Assembly: GCA_028023455.1 (NCBI GenBank)
Contig: JAQFVV010000005.1
Location: forward strand, 15,004,001 to 15,068,000
Origin: Epiperipatus broadwayi
Taxonomy: Eukaryota; Animalia; Onychophora
DNA length: 64,000 nucleotides
Reading direction: 5' to 3'
Part shown: in pieces, positions 41,010 to 54,938 of the stretch
Numbering within the stretch: the stretch's first letter is position 1
Layout: every line of letters begins with the position of its first letter
The notes under the pieces: model-generated
What the model saw: the letters and a program-made list of their open reading frames with translations, nothing else
What the model was told of the DNA's origin: nothing
The model's database searches: none
Program-made: the position numbers and the translations under genes

Positions 41010-41310
41010 TTTCAATGGATCATGCTTTATTCATTATGCTTCTAAAAACTGCTATTTTCATTCTAGTACACTAGTTCTCAATGGATCATGAAAAATGGTA
41101 TTATAAAAGTATTTATTACATCACATCCAAAAACTGCTATTTTCACTCCAGTACATCAGTTCTAGCTTTGAATTCTAGTCTGGTCTAAAGACACAAGTCA
41201 GCAACGAGCTTGGGAATTGGGAATTTTATAGCAATATATCAACTGGTGCCTATTGATTACTCAAGCTTGTAGTAGTAGGGTGAAAATAGCTGCTTCATAA
41301 AACATGCTTC
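41010..41310. mobile_element. Old, rearranged relative of family A
   Basis: Contains AAGAC ACAA GTC A GCAAC GAGC TTGGGAA and ctattgattactcaagc; a partial tandem duplication and short inverted ends (aaactgctatttttcactc / gggtgaaaatagctg). Confidence 0.45.
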
Positions 41311-42099
41311 AAGTGGATTAAGATTAATGTATAATGTAAAATAAAGAAAACAAAATTTACAAAGCCCTATAAGACCTCCCTGACAACCCTCTGAAGAGAA
41401 ATAGTAAATCAGAAAGTAATTCCTCACTGGCGTGACTGATTTATTTTGTAGCTTTGCTCCTACTGACTAATAATTGAATAGCTAATTAGATTTGCTATAA
41501 ACCAACTGAAAAAAAAAAATCCTAAGCTTGTTTGAAACATGGAATTTCTAATTTTATCTTGCATGTTTATGAATTCAGGATTATGGGCATGATAGGTAAC
41601 ATTACCCATTAAGTCATGAGATCCTTCAAAATAAAAATAAAGATGACAAGAATAAACAATTATAAAATTAATTTTCTAAACTTATCCCCAAATTAATAAC
41701 TGGTTCATTATCTCCTCTAAATATCTAAAAACATTGATAATCTTTTTTATTCTACAACAAGATATAACAATAATTAGTTACTAATTTGGCTTCAAAATAA
41801 TAAAAGTTTATTCATTCTATAAGCCAGTATCTTTACATATAATTCTTAATTCTATCAATCTCAGGATAGCAGCCATTCTTTTCACTCCATTACTAATTAT
41901 AACAGATTTACATTTTTAAAAAAATAATTGAACAATTTATTACTCAGATATTCATAAAAAGTTTGAGAATTGGAAGTGAAAGAGCTGAGCCACAATACAA
42001 AGATCCAGAATCTATCAATACTGCTGCATCAAACAGTGAATACGGTGAATCAAATATTGATATGTATTAAAGACATTCATACAAAATTATCATGGTTGT

Positions 42100-43700
42100 T
42101 GGTGATGCGATTCAACTAATCAAATAATAGCTCATTTTACTTGTCTTAATTATAGTTTGTATCTGATTACCTTTTATTTTTAATAACATTAACATAAAAC
42201 TTTCATAGTCACTACATAATATTTCCTTAGTTCTCTTTTCTCATTCTGAATATAGTTTTCAAGGTTTGTTATTCTTTTACATGACTCTATATCATCTTGT
42301 TTATACTTACTTGGTTTGATTCATCACTGGTTGACTTAATCTTTATAGGCTGTACTTCTATGAAATTATTATCAATTTTAACAAAAAGATGGAATGGTTG
42401 TTACTGCATGATAAAGATGTCTGTGAGTTGTTAATCCAATTTATCTTGTTTTTAGTTTCTGTTTGAATCAATCTACAAAATTTCCTTATTATCTGACTAT
42501 CTCAATATGTGGTGTTTTTCTTAATCTTTTAGAATTTATTAAAATCAAGTTTAAAACAAATTGTTAATTTGGTATCAACTCTTCTAGCAACATGTCTAGT
42601 TCAACTCCATATCAGTCTATTATTCTTTCAATAATATTAACGATAGCTGGATTTTTCCCCATCTATATTAACTATACTTTCCATTTCTATCATGATATGC
42701 ATCTTTTCATATTTTGATATTGGTTATGCAGGCTTTGTACTGTTCTTGTACTAACAATTTCAATCACAAAGATATATTTTAAGTTTCTTTTTTACTTTCT
42801 ACCACATGCATTCTAACCAAATTTAATTCTACAATTAGTTTCAATCATTATATTTCCATCCATAATAATAATCTGACCAAGAAATTTATGGCTGCTAATT
42901 TCTTTTAATTCATGACTAACAATATTTATATATATGCATAAATAACCTCCATTCCTTTTTTTTTCCATTTATCTTTAGTCCCACTTTCTTGCTTTCATCT
43001 TAATTCTTGTAATATTTTCTGAATGCCCTGAAGCATTATTTGCAAAAAACAATCACTTCATTTGCAAAATATTGAAGCTTAAGTAATGTCCATTTATTTT
43101 TATTCTTTTAGCTCTCAATTTCAAAAATAAATTACTTATATAAACTGTTAAAAAACGTTTTGGACATATGAAATCCTGTCATAGTACATCTTTAACAACA
43201 TTTATTTTCTTTAAAAGTCACCATGTGATTTAATAATTGCTACTACATTTTAAATAATATTCTTTTGAATTTGACAATATTATGTCTTGATATTTCAAAA
43301 ATTTAATCAATATGAAAACCATAATCTGCAAAACCAAACCCTAACCGCAACTCAAATTCATTAGTTCTTTCTATAACTTATTTTAATACTTAGACTTTTT
43401 AAATCCATCTTCTTCTTTCTTTTTATTTCAATCTAATTACACTATGTAGATGATTTATAATGATCTAAGTAAACGGACATAAAATAGACTGTCTTAATTT
43501 TTAACATTTAAATAATACCGACATCAATATCATATTTTATATTGATATTACTAAGTGACAAATTATCTCATAGCCACTCTAATTTCATTTTCTGCTTCTA
43601 GTGCTGGTTTTTGAAGTACTCTGGAGATTCTTGGAAATTTCCAAAAATATGATCTTTCAATTTAACTTTTTTCATCATCAACTTCTGTGATCCATCTAAA
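42100..43700 (-). mobile_element. Decayed RTE-type LINE fragment
   Basis: Minus strand gives KFLGQII and ETNCRIKFG*NAW, like the RTE motif YLGQxI...EIxxRIxxGWxAF; otherwise heavily mutated. Confidence 0.5.
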
Positions 43701-44134
43701 TTTATTTGGATTGGATGATTATATATATGACACAGCTCAATTTTATATTCAGCAGATAATTAATTAGCCTTGGGCAAAAAATTAATAATCCAAGAGAGAT
43801 AATTAATTTATAATTACCAACAACAAAAAAATCATTAAAAAGAAAAGATTAAGGTTCAGCATAAATTTATAAATTTGATTGTATTCAAACAACAAAAACA
43901 TGGAAGCAAAGTGATTAATCATCAGATGTATTTTAAAATATTGAAATAATCAATATTTCTTACAACATGTTATATAGGTGAATTACTGTCTTATCAATAA
44001 GAACTTTTTGATTTGGATGATAAGCAACATATTTCATGTTCTATTATTACATTCATAAAATAAGTCATCTAATGACAATGCTGTTACAAAATGTATGCTA
44101 TATTACCAGCTGCTATAAATCAAACATAATTAAT

Positions 44135-44373
44135 CATCACATGACCACCTCCTCTTATGCTTGTGAATAACTGTTGTTAAAACAGGCTAAACTCACTATA
44201 TATATTGCCATACACAGCAAGCTAGAGTAATCAATGGATGCCACTAACTAGTCTGGGGATATTGGATGAGTAGGCACTAGATGGGGATTTTATGCACAAG
44301 CCTTCTGGCATCCATTGATTACTCTAGCTTGCTGTGTGTGGCAATATATATAGTGAGTTTAGCCTGTTTTAAC
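44135..44373. mobile_element. Family A fold-back element, internally deleted copy
   Basis: Leader catcacatgaccacctcctcttatgcttgtg, then gttaaaacaggc...gcctgttttaac inverted arms; right arm starts at ACTAGTCTGGGG. Flanked by direct repeat AACATAATTAATCA (44123-44136 / 44371-44384, partly overlapping the element ends). Confidence 0.85.
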
Positions 44374-45454
44374 ATAATTAATCAAATGAAGAATGGAATT
44401 TCATAACTCTTTTTTTTCTCCAAGAAAAAAAATTATATATATTTAAAGGGATTTTAAACTTTAAAGAATCTGCTGTAGGACAAATATCTTAACAGCACTT
44501 TTTCTCTCCTTCAAAGAAATGATGATGGAAATATTAAATGCCATATTAGGATGTTTATAATCTTCCATCCATGTTTTATGTTCTAGTTAAAAATAGCAAG
44601 ATACTAAGTTTTCAAAAAATAATGAAAAAGTAACTGGCATGGTTCTCCTTTTATATATATATTAAATAGAAATCCTTTCGATTATGTTATAATCATTATC
44701 AACTGAATAACATAGACAAAAAATTTTTTTAAAAAAGCTAATATTAGCTTCTCTTTTTTGACTTCATTATTTCAGTTGACAATAATTACAGCATAATCAA
44801 AAGTATATCTGTTTAATTTATATATATATATTATTATTGTCTACCATTATTAATTTAAAATTTAAATATAATATACTTTTTAACAGGTTTCTTGTTATTT
44901 TACAGTAACCCATATCAACAGTTTTATTGCTTACTTTATCATGGTTTTATCTAATAAATATTAGAATAAAAATCTGTCTATCTAAATTTAATAAACTGAT
45001 AAATTTTTAAACAGTAATATGTTTAGTTTTTTTCTTTTTATAAATCACTAATACAAATAATAAAAGAAAATAAATATTTCTCCATAACATAACTTGAACT
45101 GTAGTCCAAATTTCAAGTTGAAGACATAAAAGCAAAGTAAAAAAATCATTAACACAATTTAAACAAATTTAAAATTATTATTTAAATATATAATTCAGAA
45201 AATCTACACATTTCAAAACTTAATTTAATGCAAAAAAAAATTAAAGATAAGCTTTACTCACTTAAGCCATGCATATATATATAATGAAAAATTACAAAAA
45301 ATTTTAAAATAATTCTTTAACCAACTACTATATAACAGCAATCAATTAAAATTTTAAAGACACAAATTTATTTTAACATTCTTAAAAAAAATTAACAATA
45401 TTTAAAAAAATCTAGCAAACAATAACAATAAATAATAGAGGGAGGGATGAATAC

Positions 45455-45570
45455 CTGAGGTTGTAAACGTTGTTGCTGCTGTCCTCTAAGTGCCTGTTGC
45501 TGCCGTAAAAAACTTAACTGTTGAGGAATCAAATTCTTTCCTGGCTGAGTTAACTGTTGCTGGACAACAC
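45455..45570 (-). CDS. dom: Coding exon C, probable domino-A/EP400 C-terminal region
   Basis: Acceptor tgtgatAG at 45571-45572, donor CAG|GTATTC; 116 nt, phase 1 to 0, completes the split Gly codon from exon B: (G)VVQQQLTQPGKNLIPQQLSFLRQQQALRGQQQQRLQPQ. Confidence 0.88.
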
Positions 45571-48279
45571 CTATCACACACACACAAACAAAAAAAGAGA
45601 AGAAAATAAGATTTATTGCCCAAAAAACATACAAACACACAAAGCTTAAAAATTCATAATAAACACTATAATGTGTGCTAAAAGAGCAAAAGTCAACGGT
45701 TAAAAACATATGCAGTATCTCGTAATGGAATTTTCAAATTTATCTGAATACATCACTAGCTGTATAAAATCAAAGCATATTTAGAGATGATAAATTACTT
45801 TTATTTTAAGTTGTCTAAATTTCAATGAATTAATACAATGGACATTACAAGTAGGAAAATGTTCTGGCCAATGACAAAATTCAAAACCATGATTCTATCA
45901 TAAAATCAAATATAGTTCTCATTATCCCAAACATAGTTTGTTTAGATGAAACAATTACTATGTTAATGATGAGATACAATTGCTTTCTTTATCTAAGTGA
46001 TTAAGAAATAAAAGTAATTCATACAAACATATATGCATTGTTATATTTTCATATGCATGTGTACATTCTTTTATCATAGTTAACTATAAAAAGATATATG
46101 AAATTTTTAATCCAAGATGTTAAGCCCTAAATAAGTAAGCAATAAATAAATAATATTCTATTAAAATCACTGATTTGTACTTTCTTAACTGGATACAAAT
46201 CTGTCTTTAGGCAAAGAATATACTGCACAAAATAAAAATTATTATATATGAATAAAAAACAATAATATCCAATTAATTTAGAACAGAAAATTTCACTTTA
46301 ATTCATAGGTATCATAAAATGGTGCTATTATTGATAAACATGATCTGCAAATGAATGCTCATCTTATAAAACACAATTTAGAATTTATATTTTAACATCT
46401 ATTAAACTTAGATACTTAAAAGTTTAAACATTGATTTCTTAATAAGAGCATAGTAAGATAACTTACAATTAACTCTATATTTATAAACTTATTAAAACAT
46501 TACGGTAATATGGAACAAATTTTTAATTTCAATCAGAGTAATATATATATATCGCAAAAAAGTTCAGTTTAATGATAGTTAAAACTGATTAAATATTAAT
46601 TTGACTGTTCACAAGTTCATTGATTAGTTATTTTTGTTACCCAAGTTGGCTCTTATTTGTAATATCCACTTAGCCAAATTTGTTTCTTTTTCTCTATAGC
46701 TAACCTTGGTGACAAAATTACTGCTTTACAGAAAGTTGAATGCTTATCTTAAATATTAATTAGCAAAAAGTAACAGTTATAGATTTTCATATTATTTTTC
46801 TACTAAAAAAATGCTTTAATCATAAATATTATTTCCTGATTTACATAAATATGTGTATATATATATATAATCATAAACTATAAAGATAAACTATAGTACT
46901 TTTTTTTCCTATTGTATAGAAACAATTTGATTATTACAATTAATATTTCAACCAAAGCTTTTGGGCCATTTTCAGAACTAATTATATAAAAAAAAAAATC
47001 TAATAAAGAAATCTTAAAAAAAACTAAAAATTTTGCTTTTTTTTTTTTCAATTTTTCAAGTGTTCTTTGTAATTTTTTTGTAGTTAATTTTACATATGAA
47101 GATGGATTTATATACACAAGAGTATATAAAAATAGGTATACAGCTTAAATAATAGATAAATATAATATTTTATTGAATAATAAAACAATTATGTACAATC
47201 TCTTAAATGCTCAAATAGGGAGCCTCACTATTTATACATTACTATAAAATAGTTTTGCATATAAGCATACTTTGGTCCAAAGTTCTTTATTAGCATGCCC
47301 TGTTTATGAATCAAATCACATTATTAATTATAAAGTTGTAATTATTTATTAAGTGCACAGAAAGTATATGTAAATACTTTAGTGACAAGCTTTAACCTAT
47401 ATCATATGTGCCTTGAATGTTTATAACAGTCAAACAATATCTTTATTTGCTGATAGAGGGGCCTCTAAAATCTCAACACAAGATAGTGACTTTTATAAAG
47501 ATAAAAGCAGTCTTCTTATCTTTAACCTAACTTTCCATTTATATAAGCCAATCTGAAGCATCTTGATCTGGGAGCGTGAAGCTATGAAGTTTTCTTGAAT
47601 ATACCTTTATCTTTAATTACTTCTCAAAAGAAAAAATGTGTCAAGATAAGTTCTGGTGACTGTGGTCTTCATACTTAAATCAAAAAAATTATGGACAGCT
47701 AAAGCCATAATAAAGAGCCCTTTTGTTATTCATCTGTTAAATCATCAACTATATTTAATTATCTAAAAAAATAATAAAAAAGGACACAATATAATATAAA
47801 CTTTATGATTACTTATGCACCCACCTACTCCCATAGCTTATTAGTCTAATATTTTAAAGCAGAATTTCTACTCTTCAATCAATTCCAGATATGAAACAAA
47901 AAGAGATATGCCATTTCTTCATATCTCACCATTTACATAATTGAGATTTGCTAACAGCCTTAAAGCAATAACTATTCCACTAGATCTACTAATATAAATA
48001 CAATAAAATTTTTATCTATTTCTTTTATTTCATTCTTGACTTTCTATCTCATTTTATGCAGATCTACAACAATTGTTTATAACTATACATTATCAATCGC
48101 TATTTGGTATACCAACAGTTTTAAGATTGCTTCTAACTCTTATTTAATTTTCAAATCTGTATGAAGTTCTTACATATTTGTAATATATTGTTATACATAC
48201 AGATTCAAAACATTCAGATATTTTTGACTTTCATGCTGGTAGATACAAATAAATCAAGTTTGCTAGATCCAGAACTAAA

Positions 48280-48390
48280 AGTTCTCTATTAATGAAAGTC
48301 AGAAATTAATTTGGGGATAAGGATGGAACAACATTGGAGAAAAATTTATAAAGCATATCTAGCATCTATTGATTACTCAAGCAATCACTA
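48280..48390 (+). mobile_element. Very degenerate family A arm
   Basis: TTAATGAAAGTCAGAAATTAATTTGGGGATAAGGATG...gcatctattgattactcaagc aligns loosely to the family A arm. Confidence 0.35.
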
Positions 48391-49242
48391 GATGTCATAA
48401 GTGAAGTAGAAAAAATAGATTTTCTAGATTATGTTTAAAATTTGCAACTACAATAGACATAAATGTTTTGTACTTAGTCATTTTTGCTAATTAATAATCT
48501 CTATGTATGCAACTGCTTTCTCTCATCTATATTATTTCTTCTTTTTTTTTTTTTTAAATTAATGTTTTAATTTATAAATTTTTAAAACTAAATTATTTCA
48601 AATGTGTGTGTGTGTGTATGTTGCATATAAATTTTACTATTGCACCTAGATTCAAATATTGACAGAAAAGCTTGAAACCAAATGAAGTGAATATAAAAAA
48701 AAGACTATTATGTTGTAAGAATGTCATGTAACGGCAAATTACTACCAATAATAATTATATATTGTCATGGTCATAGCATTCCAATGCTTAGTTACACACA
48801 TATATAAAACATCCTAAATAACTACAAGTCTAACTTTATAATGATATATTTGGTTTTGAGTGTATATTTGAAAAAAAATATATTAATTACACATTTCATG
48901 CCAACATGAATGAATAGAGAATATTCAGAAGAATTATTAACATGACATTTGGATATATTGAAAAATATGTTAATAATATCTTCCATTATTCTAGATAGTG
49001 TTGGAAAGTTGAATCCAACTTATAATATTTCAATCTTCAAGCATATCAAAATAAAAGACAAAACCAGACTAAAGTACTGATTTTAGTAAATATTTATTTT
49101 AATTATTTACTGAAGTTCTCTAATGTATCAAACAAATAGTTCTAATTGTCACAGCAAACGGTTTACTATTTACCTTTCTAAGACCTATTTATTTATCTTA
49201 TTTATGCAATGTTACAAAGTAAATTATAAAAATGTAATTTAC

Positions 49243-49465
49243 CTGTTGCTACAGTAGTTGTTAAATTCCCTGAAGCAATCCGTTGAGCAACTTGGGCAGC
49301 TGTCAGATTACCAACTGGAGCTACAGATACAACTGAACTTCCTGTCATTTGCTGTCGGTTATGATTAACAACTGCAGCACTGAGCTCTTGGACCATCATA
49401 GCAGTACCAGTGGAGAGAGTCCTCTGAGCTCTGACAGCCTGACTCATGGTAGCTGTTGTAACATT
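49243..49465 (-). CDS. dom: Coding exon B, probable domino-A/EP400 C-terminal region
   Basis: Acceptor ttttatttAG at 49466-49467, donor G|GTAAAT at 49242; 223 nt, phase 0 to 1: NVTTATMSQAVRAQRTLSTGTAMMVQELSAAVVNHNRQQ...AAQVAQRIASGNLTTTVAT(G). Phase matches exons A and C. Confidence 0.88.
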
Positions 49466-52400
49466 CTAAATAAAAAATATTTAAATTTACAGTAAGCATC
49501 ACCGAATCCACTAATGTCAATCACAAATGACCAATACTTTAAAGTAGGAAAGTGATTAATAATAAAAAAAATACTGATACATCTATTGTCAGTAGATTAC
49601 ATAAACAATTAAAAAAGTAATGAACAAAACTCTTTTAAGTAAAAGTATATAAGATACAAATATACTTAACACGAACAAAAAAATTTGAATAAATTTATTT
49701 TTTACAACTTTATTCACCCTTTGCCCTCTAATAATATTTTTCAGCTTTTCAAACTGAACCTTATTTTTCCATATCACATCTAATTCTACTTTTTCTTTAT
49801 ATTCATTTTTATTTGTGATTGTCTTCCATTATTTAAATAATTTAATAATAGTAACTATACACCAAAATAAAAAAAAATTTTGAAAGCAATTATATAAAAA
49901 AAAAAAGACTACTACCCTTTATAAAGAATATTAGTGGTTAATGCATGACTATGATCTGAAGATTGAGTGTAGAATGGCTAAACCATGAAAATTTTCTAAG
50001 TCTCAAACAGGCTTTGAGTTTTTCTTTCAAACAGCAAGCCAAAAAAAAAGCAATTAGCCATTAAATAATAGTACATGATTCTCCTTAAGGGAGTATTGCT
50101 ATTAGTGAATTAGCTGATAAATAGCAAACTAGCTATAATTAGACGAATAATAAAGAATTCACACTAATCTGTGTAGGTCTGATAAGTATTGGTAACATTG
50201 ATAGTAAAAACAAAACCTATAAATTGTATTATGATGCAATTTTCACTATTAGTGAGGAAGGTTAATATTAAATAGAAAGAAAAAATGAAATGTAGTTCTG
50301 AAGAAGACTGCTAGACAATCGAATTGTAAAGAGGTTATAGAAGGACTGAATTGGTAGAGAGATTTTTTTACTCCAATTAATATATTTTCCATTGGGTGAT
50401 GTAATAAGATTTTTTTTAAATATTTTTTTTAATTTGCTTTAATAATTTTAAGCGAATGATTTAATAGTAAAAGCATTTATTTTATACTTATACAATAAAT
50501 CAAAGGAAATCTCATTGTAGTTTGTTCTTCTAATTTACTTCACTTAATTGCAGATATTAATTTTCTCATATCCTTAACAGATTAAAGAAATAAAATGAAT
50601 TGCAAAAACTATGTTGGTTCACCAAAAATAAAATCTATTAGCAGCATTTATCTTATAATTAAAGAAAAATATAAGCACATCAACTAACATATATAATCAA
50701 ATCACAATTATGTGATGAAGACTAGTTGATTGAATAAAAAAAAGAGATATTGAGATAAAAATCAGCATTAATAATCATAAGAACTACATTAGCACAAGTT
50801 TAAGCTAATAGTAAGATCTCCAACTGAATAATGTCAACACCATAAATCATTCAAGAGAATAAAAAGTCTCATACCATAGACATGAACAACAACACTGCTA
50901 CCAGTAAATGACATTAACAACATTTAATAATGATGAAAAAAAAAAAGCATAGACAATATTTTTAATTCAGACATGAATTGCATTTCCCCCAAAAAATGTA
51001 TTCATTAATAATGTCTCAACCAATACTTTATAGGAGCAAACAATATACAAAATAAGATCCAAATGATAATTATTCATTACAAATGCACAATAATTTCAAA
51101 AAAATGATTACTTAAATCAGAGACTGAATCCATGTTGAAAAATTTAGCTATATTAAGAAAATAACATTGAAGTAAACTTGAAAGTGGTCTAGTGTTGTTA
51201 ATAATTGAAAATATATTACAAAGGCAATTAAATTGGACTGAGTATGCTCATAAAGCAGAGATTGTGAAAAACATGTTTTAGAAAGAACTATGCAGAGTGA
51301 AAGAAAAGTTGAAAAAAGATGTTAAAGGAGTGATTGATAAGTTTATTTAAAAGAAATATATATAATAAAAAGTGGATTTAGAAAGACATATGAAACTGGA
51401 AATTAGATATAAAAAAAAAGGTAGGGGGGAGGGCTCATCTAGTTAATTAGACTTTCAATTACTTCAAGATTATTACAGATGGGTACACAATACATCCATT
51501 GCACCTAAGTTTTAAAAAACACAAATTTTTACATTGATATGTATTACTGACATAAAAAAAAAAAATTGAAAAGATTATACAATGATTACTGTACTATTTA
51601 ATAAAAAAAAAAAGTTTCTTTCAGCAGTTTATTGTCTTTTTCAGTATAACCAATTGTATATTACAGTAAATGTTAAACATATAATTTTTTTTTTTAGAAT
51701 TATATATATTTTTTTCTTTACTTTCATCCCTTATAACTATTATATAAATATAAAGCAATGAAAAAAATAATATTAATAATATGTTAAAAATAATGTAAAA
51801 AAAAAAACATTGTTATGGTTATAAATGCATCCTCCCCCCCAACACTGCTGTAAAATCTATATAGTAGTTATATGTAGAGGATGAAAAAAAAAATGTGGTT
51901 ATTAAAAAAAAATCTAGATATTGCTATATACAATAGCATATAAATGTTCACAATAATGTATAGATTACACTGGGAAGACCAATAAAATGTTGCAGAAGGC
52001 AATATTAGTTTCTGTATAATGTTTTTCAATTTTATTTATATATTTACATAAAAAAATACAACATAATGGATTATATTCATTTCTATTTTATAATAATAGT
52101 TAAAAATTGAAAAATGTTAAATGGAAAAAGACTAAGCACATATAGAAAGAAAAGAGCATAATCAATGGAGTAAAAAAAATCATGATAAAAAAAAAACTCC
52201 CGTCATCAGAAAAGACCATGTGGAAATGATATCAAGTAGTTTCTTGAATTATTATGAAAGAGAACAAAACTTAATGGTGAAAACACCAGAAAAAAACTGA
52301 TTTACCACAGATTATTTGAATGGTGATTTTTTTTTGTATTGAAACAATCAGAGGCAAAGATATATTGATTATAAGATTAAAGAAATCAAGCATTTTACAA

Positions 52401-53049
52401 ATGAACGAATGACAATATTAAAGGACAAGGTTTGCCAACTTAATACATAAAGATAGGTTTTGTTGTCTTTTCATTAAATTTTTAGACAACAATCTTTTAT
52501 ATACTCTTAATAAAAAAATAAATAAATAATATGATTTAAACTTTATAAAGTAAAAATACAATAAATTTACATCACAGTTTACTACATTCATTTTATTCTG
52601 AAATAATTTCAGAAATATTTAAGATTTAAAAAAAGTGATAGAAATTAATATATTACTAATAACTACAATAATAGATTAATAATCCAGCAATGTTACACAA
52701 TGCATGTGTGTAAGTTTGCACAATATATATAACTTAATGTCTGAAAAGTCAATATAAAAAAGTAATAAATGCTACACTAGAGAATATATAAAATGGTCTA
52801 GAATAATTTTGTTCTAAAGCTTTTGTTATATGTTCTATTGTACTTCTAATGCTGAGTTGAAAACTGAAGTCAGATTTGTCCTACTAGTCTTAGTTTTCTT
52901 GTGAGACTAGATTAAGTTTTGACACTTAGCATAATCATGAGGGACAAATTAATAATACATTAATATCAACTTAAATTGTTCTATCAAATTAATACAATTT
53001 ATTTCTTTGGAAAAAAAGAATCTGATAATGCCGGTACAATAAATATGGT

Positions 53050-53950
53050 CAGAGCAACTACTGATTGCTCAGATGAAATGCATTCACACACGAGTTTGTT
53101 TTGTTTTATCTATAGATCAGCTTCAGGACATTCTAATAGTAGACACTTTTTTTAAGTAATATTTCTGTTAATTTTGCAACAGTATTGAATTCATTTAAAT
53201 ACACTGTAATGTCACAGAACTGATTTATCCCTAATTCATTCTGCTATACTCATGATGATCAAGACAAATATTATGCCTGTTACATTTTCTTAAGGCAATT
53301 CACAGAATAGATAAATAGTTCTCATAGAATGCCATTTGCTGTTTGAATAATTTTGAGCTAAACCAAAAATCCCATACCAAGATTACTATTCCAGTTTTGT
53401 GAGACTAAGTAAAATCTATTCTCACAACAACTGGATTTTGTGTACCAAATCATCTAAAACATAAAACCTTAAATGATGAGGAATCAAATGAAGCTGGAGC
53501 ATATAAGAAAAAAGATGAAGAGTTTCTGATCCAATATTCTAGTACATTTTCTTCTAATGAACATTTACAGTCATCAAAGAATCTGAATGACTTTGATTGT
53601 GATCTGAATTTATCTAGAAAGCTGCCTGAAATAAAGTTTATTTTTTTCCACAGCCACCATGATAATTTCAAAAACACCTTCCAAAATAATGTAGTTTTGT
53701 AAAGTGTTAAATCTGTCATTGAAATTCTTGGTCATAAACAGAATATTGATAAACATTAGTTATCAACTTGTCAAGGCAGCTTGAAAGCAAGACTTAATAA
53801 CAGAAATAAATTTATTTCATCATCTATTCCATAGACTGAAAATATGAAAAAGATATTTTACATGATATTGATTTGGATAAGATTCACTATTACAAATGTA
53901 ATTGAAATATCCATGGAAATTTAAAGGGTTGTAGTTAGATTATGCAAACT
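53050..53950 (-). mobile_element. Decayed LINE reverse-transcriptase region
   Basis: Minus strand ggcattctatgagaactatttatctattctgtgaa resembles G(C)ILSPxLFxLYxE; no intact frame. Confidence 0.35.
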
Positions 53951-54758
53951 ACTGTTGTTTTTATGTCAGGGGAACAATAGAAGCAAGTAAACTACTGCAT
54001 ACAGAAAACTCTCACTTGTACCAGACAAGTAAAATGCAAACGATCACAGAAAAATTTATTATAATCTCAGTTTATATATAAATATTCTAGTTTTAATGTT
54101 GCAAGAATGAGAAGGGCTTCAATGCAATTTATAATTATTTTTACTTTCAGAACTCTACAAATTCTAAAGGATACTTTTGTATTATACTAATCTCTATTTC
54201 CACTATTTGATTACTATTCAAAATACTAGAAAAATCAACTATGGTAGAATAGGAGCAATTTCTTACATTAAATTTTTTAGTGGGAGCATGAATATTTCAT
54301 GATTTTCATCTTTCTTTGTTTATCTTCTAAAGGAATATATTTATTTTTATATAAACTTTCATTAAAAAAATGAAATCTTTATTGCTTCTTCTTTTTTATA
54401 AAAAAAAAAAAAAAATCAAGTAATTGTCATGCTTATTAAGAACAACTCAGTTCACATAAGTAGTTTTAAGCAGATTTAATCTTAGGAATTATACTAGTTT
54501 ACATATTCAAATTAACATCATCACAAAAAAATAAAATTAGCAAATTTCATATAAGATTGATTTTTTTTTTTTCTTTTAACTTTAAATTCATTTAATAATA
54601 ATAATGACTTAAACAAAATAAAGAAAAAGTGAACAGTAAAAAATTTACTCATTTAAAAGTGAGATCAAGAGAGAAAGATCTGCAAAATTCATAGAAGTAA
54701 CAGATATAAGATTGAAAAAGAAATAAAAAGGTATGTGAAGAAATTACAAGGGACTTAC

Positions 54759-54938
54759 AGAAGGAACAACCTGAGAAGTAGCCCCAGCTTGGCTCATTCT
54801 CTTATTGATGGTAGCAAATGTGTTGGCGGCTACTCCAGGCGCTGTGTTGACAACTATACTATTAGGTCCACCTAGATTCTTCGCTATGGACACTGTGGTA
54901 GCATTGCTAGGAATACTGGCCTTGGTTAACTGACCAGT
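54759..54938 (-). CDS. dom: Coding exon A (first in window) of a Q-rich C-terminal region, probable domino-A/EP400 chromatin remodeller
   Basis: Acceptor tttatttcAG at 54939-54940, donor GTAAGT at 54758; 180 nt, 60 codons, phase 0/0: TGQLTKASIPSNATTVSIAKNLGGPNSIVVNTAPGVAANTFATINKRMSQAGATSQVVPS. Exon structure is seen directly; gene identity is from recalled similarity of the whole spliced product to arthropod domino/p400 tails (about 0.6), not a search. Confidence 0.85.

Noticed and set aside
50050-52480. Purine-rich patches that may be LINE 3' remnants on the plus strand
   Set aside because: Too degraded to translate a convincing motif by eye; not listed as features.
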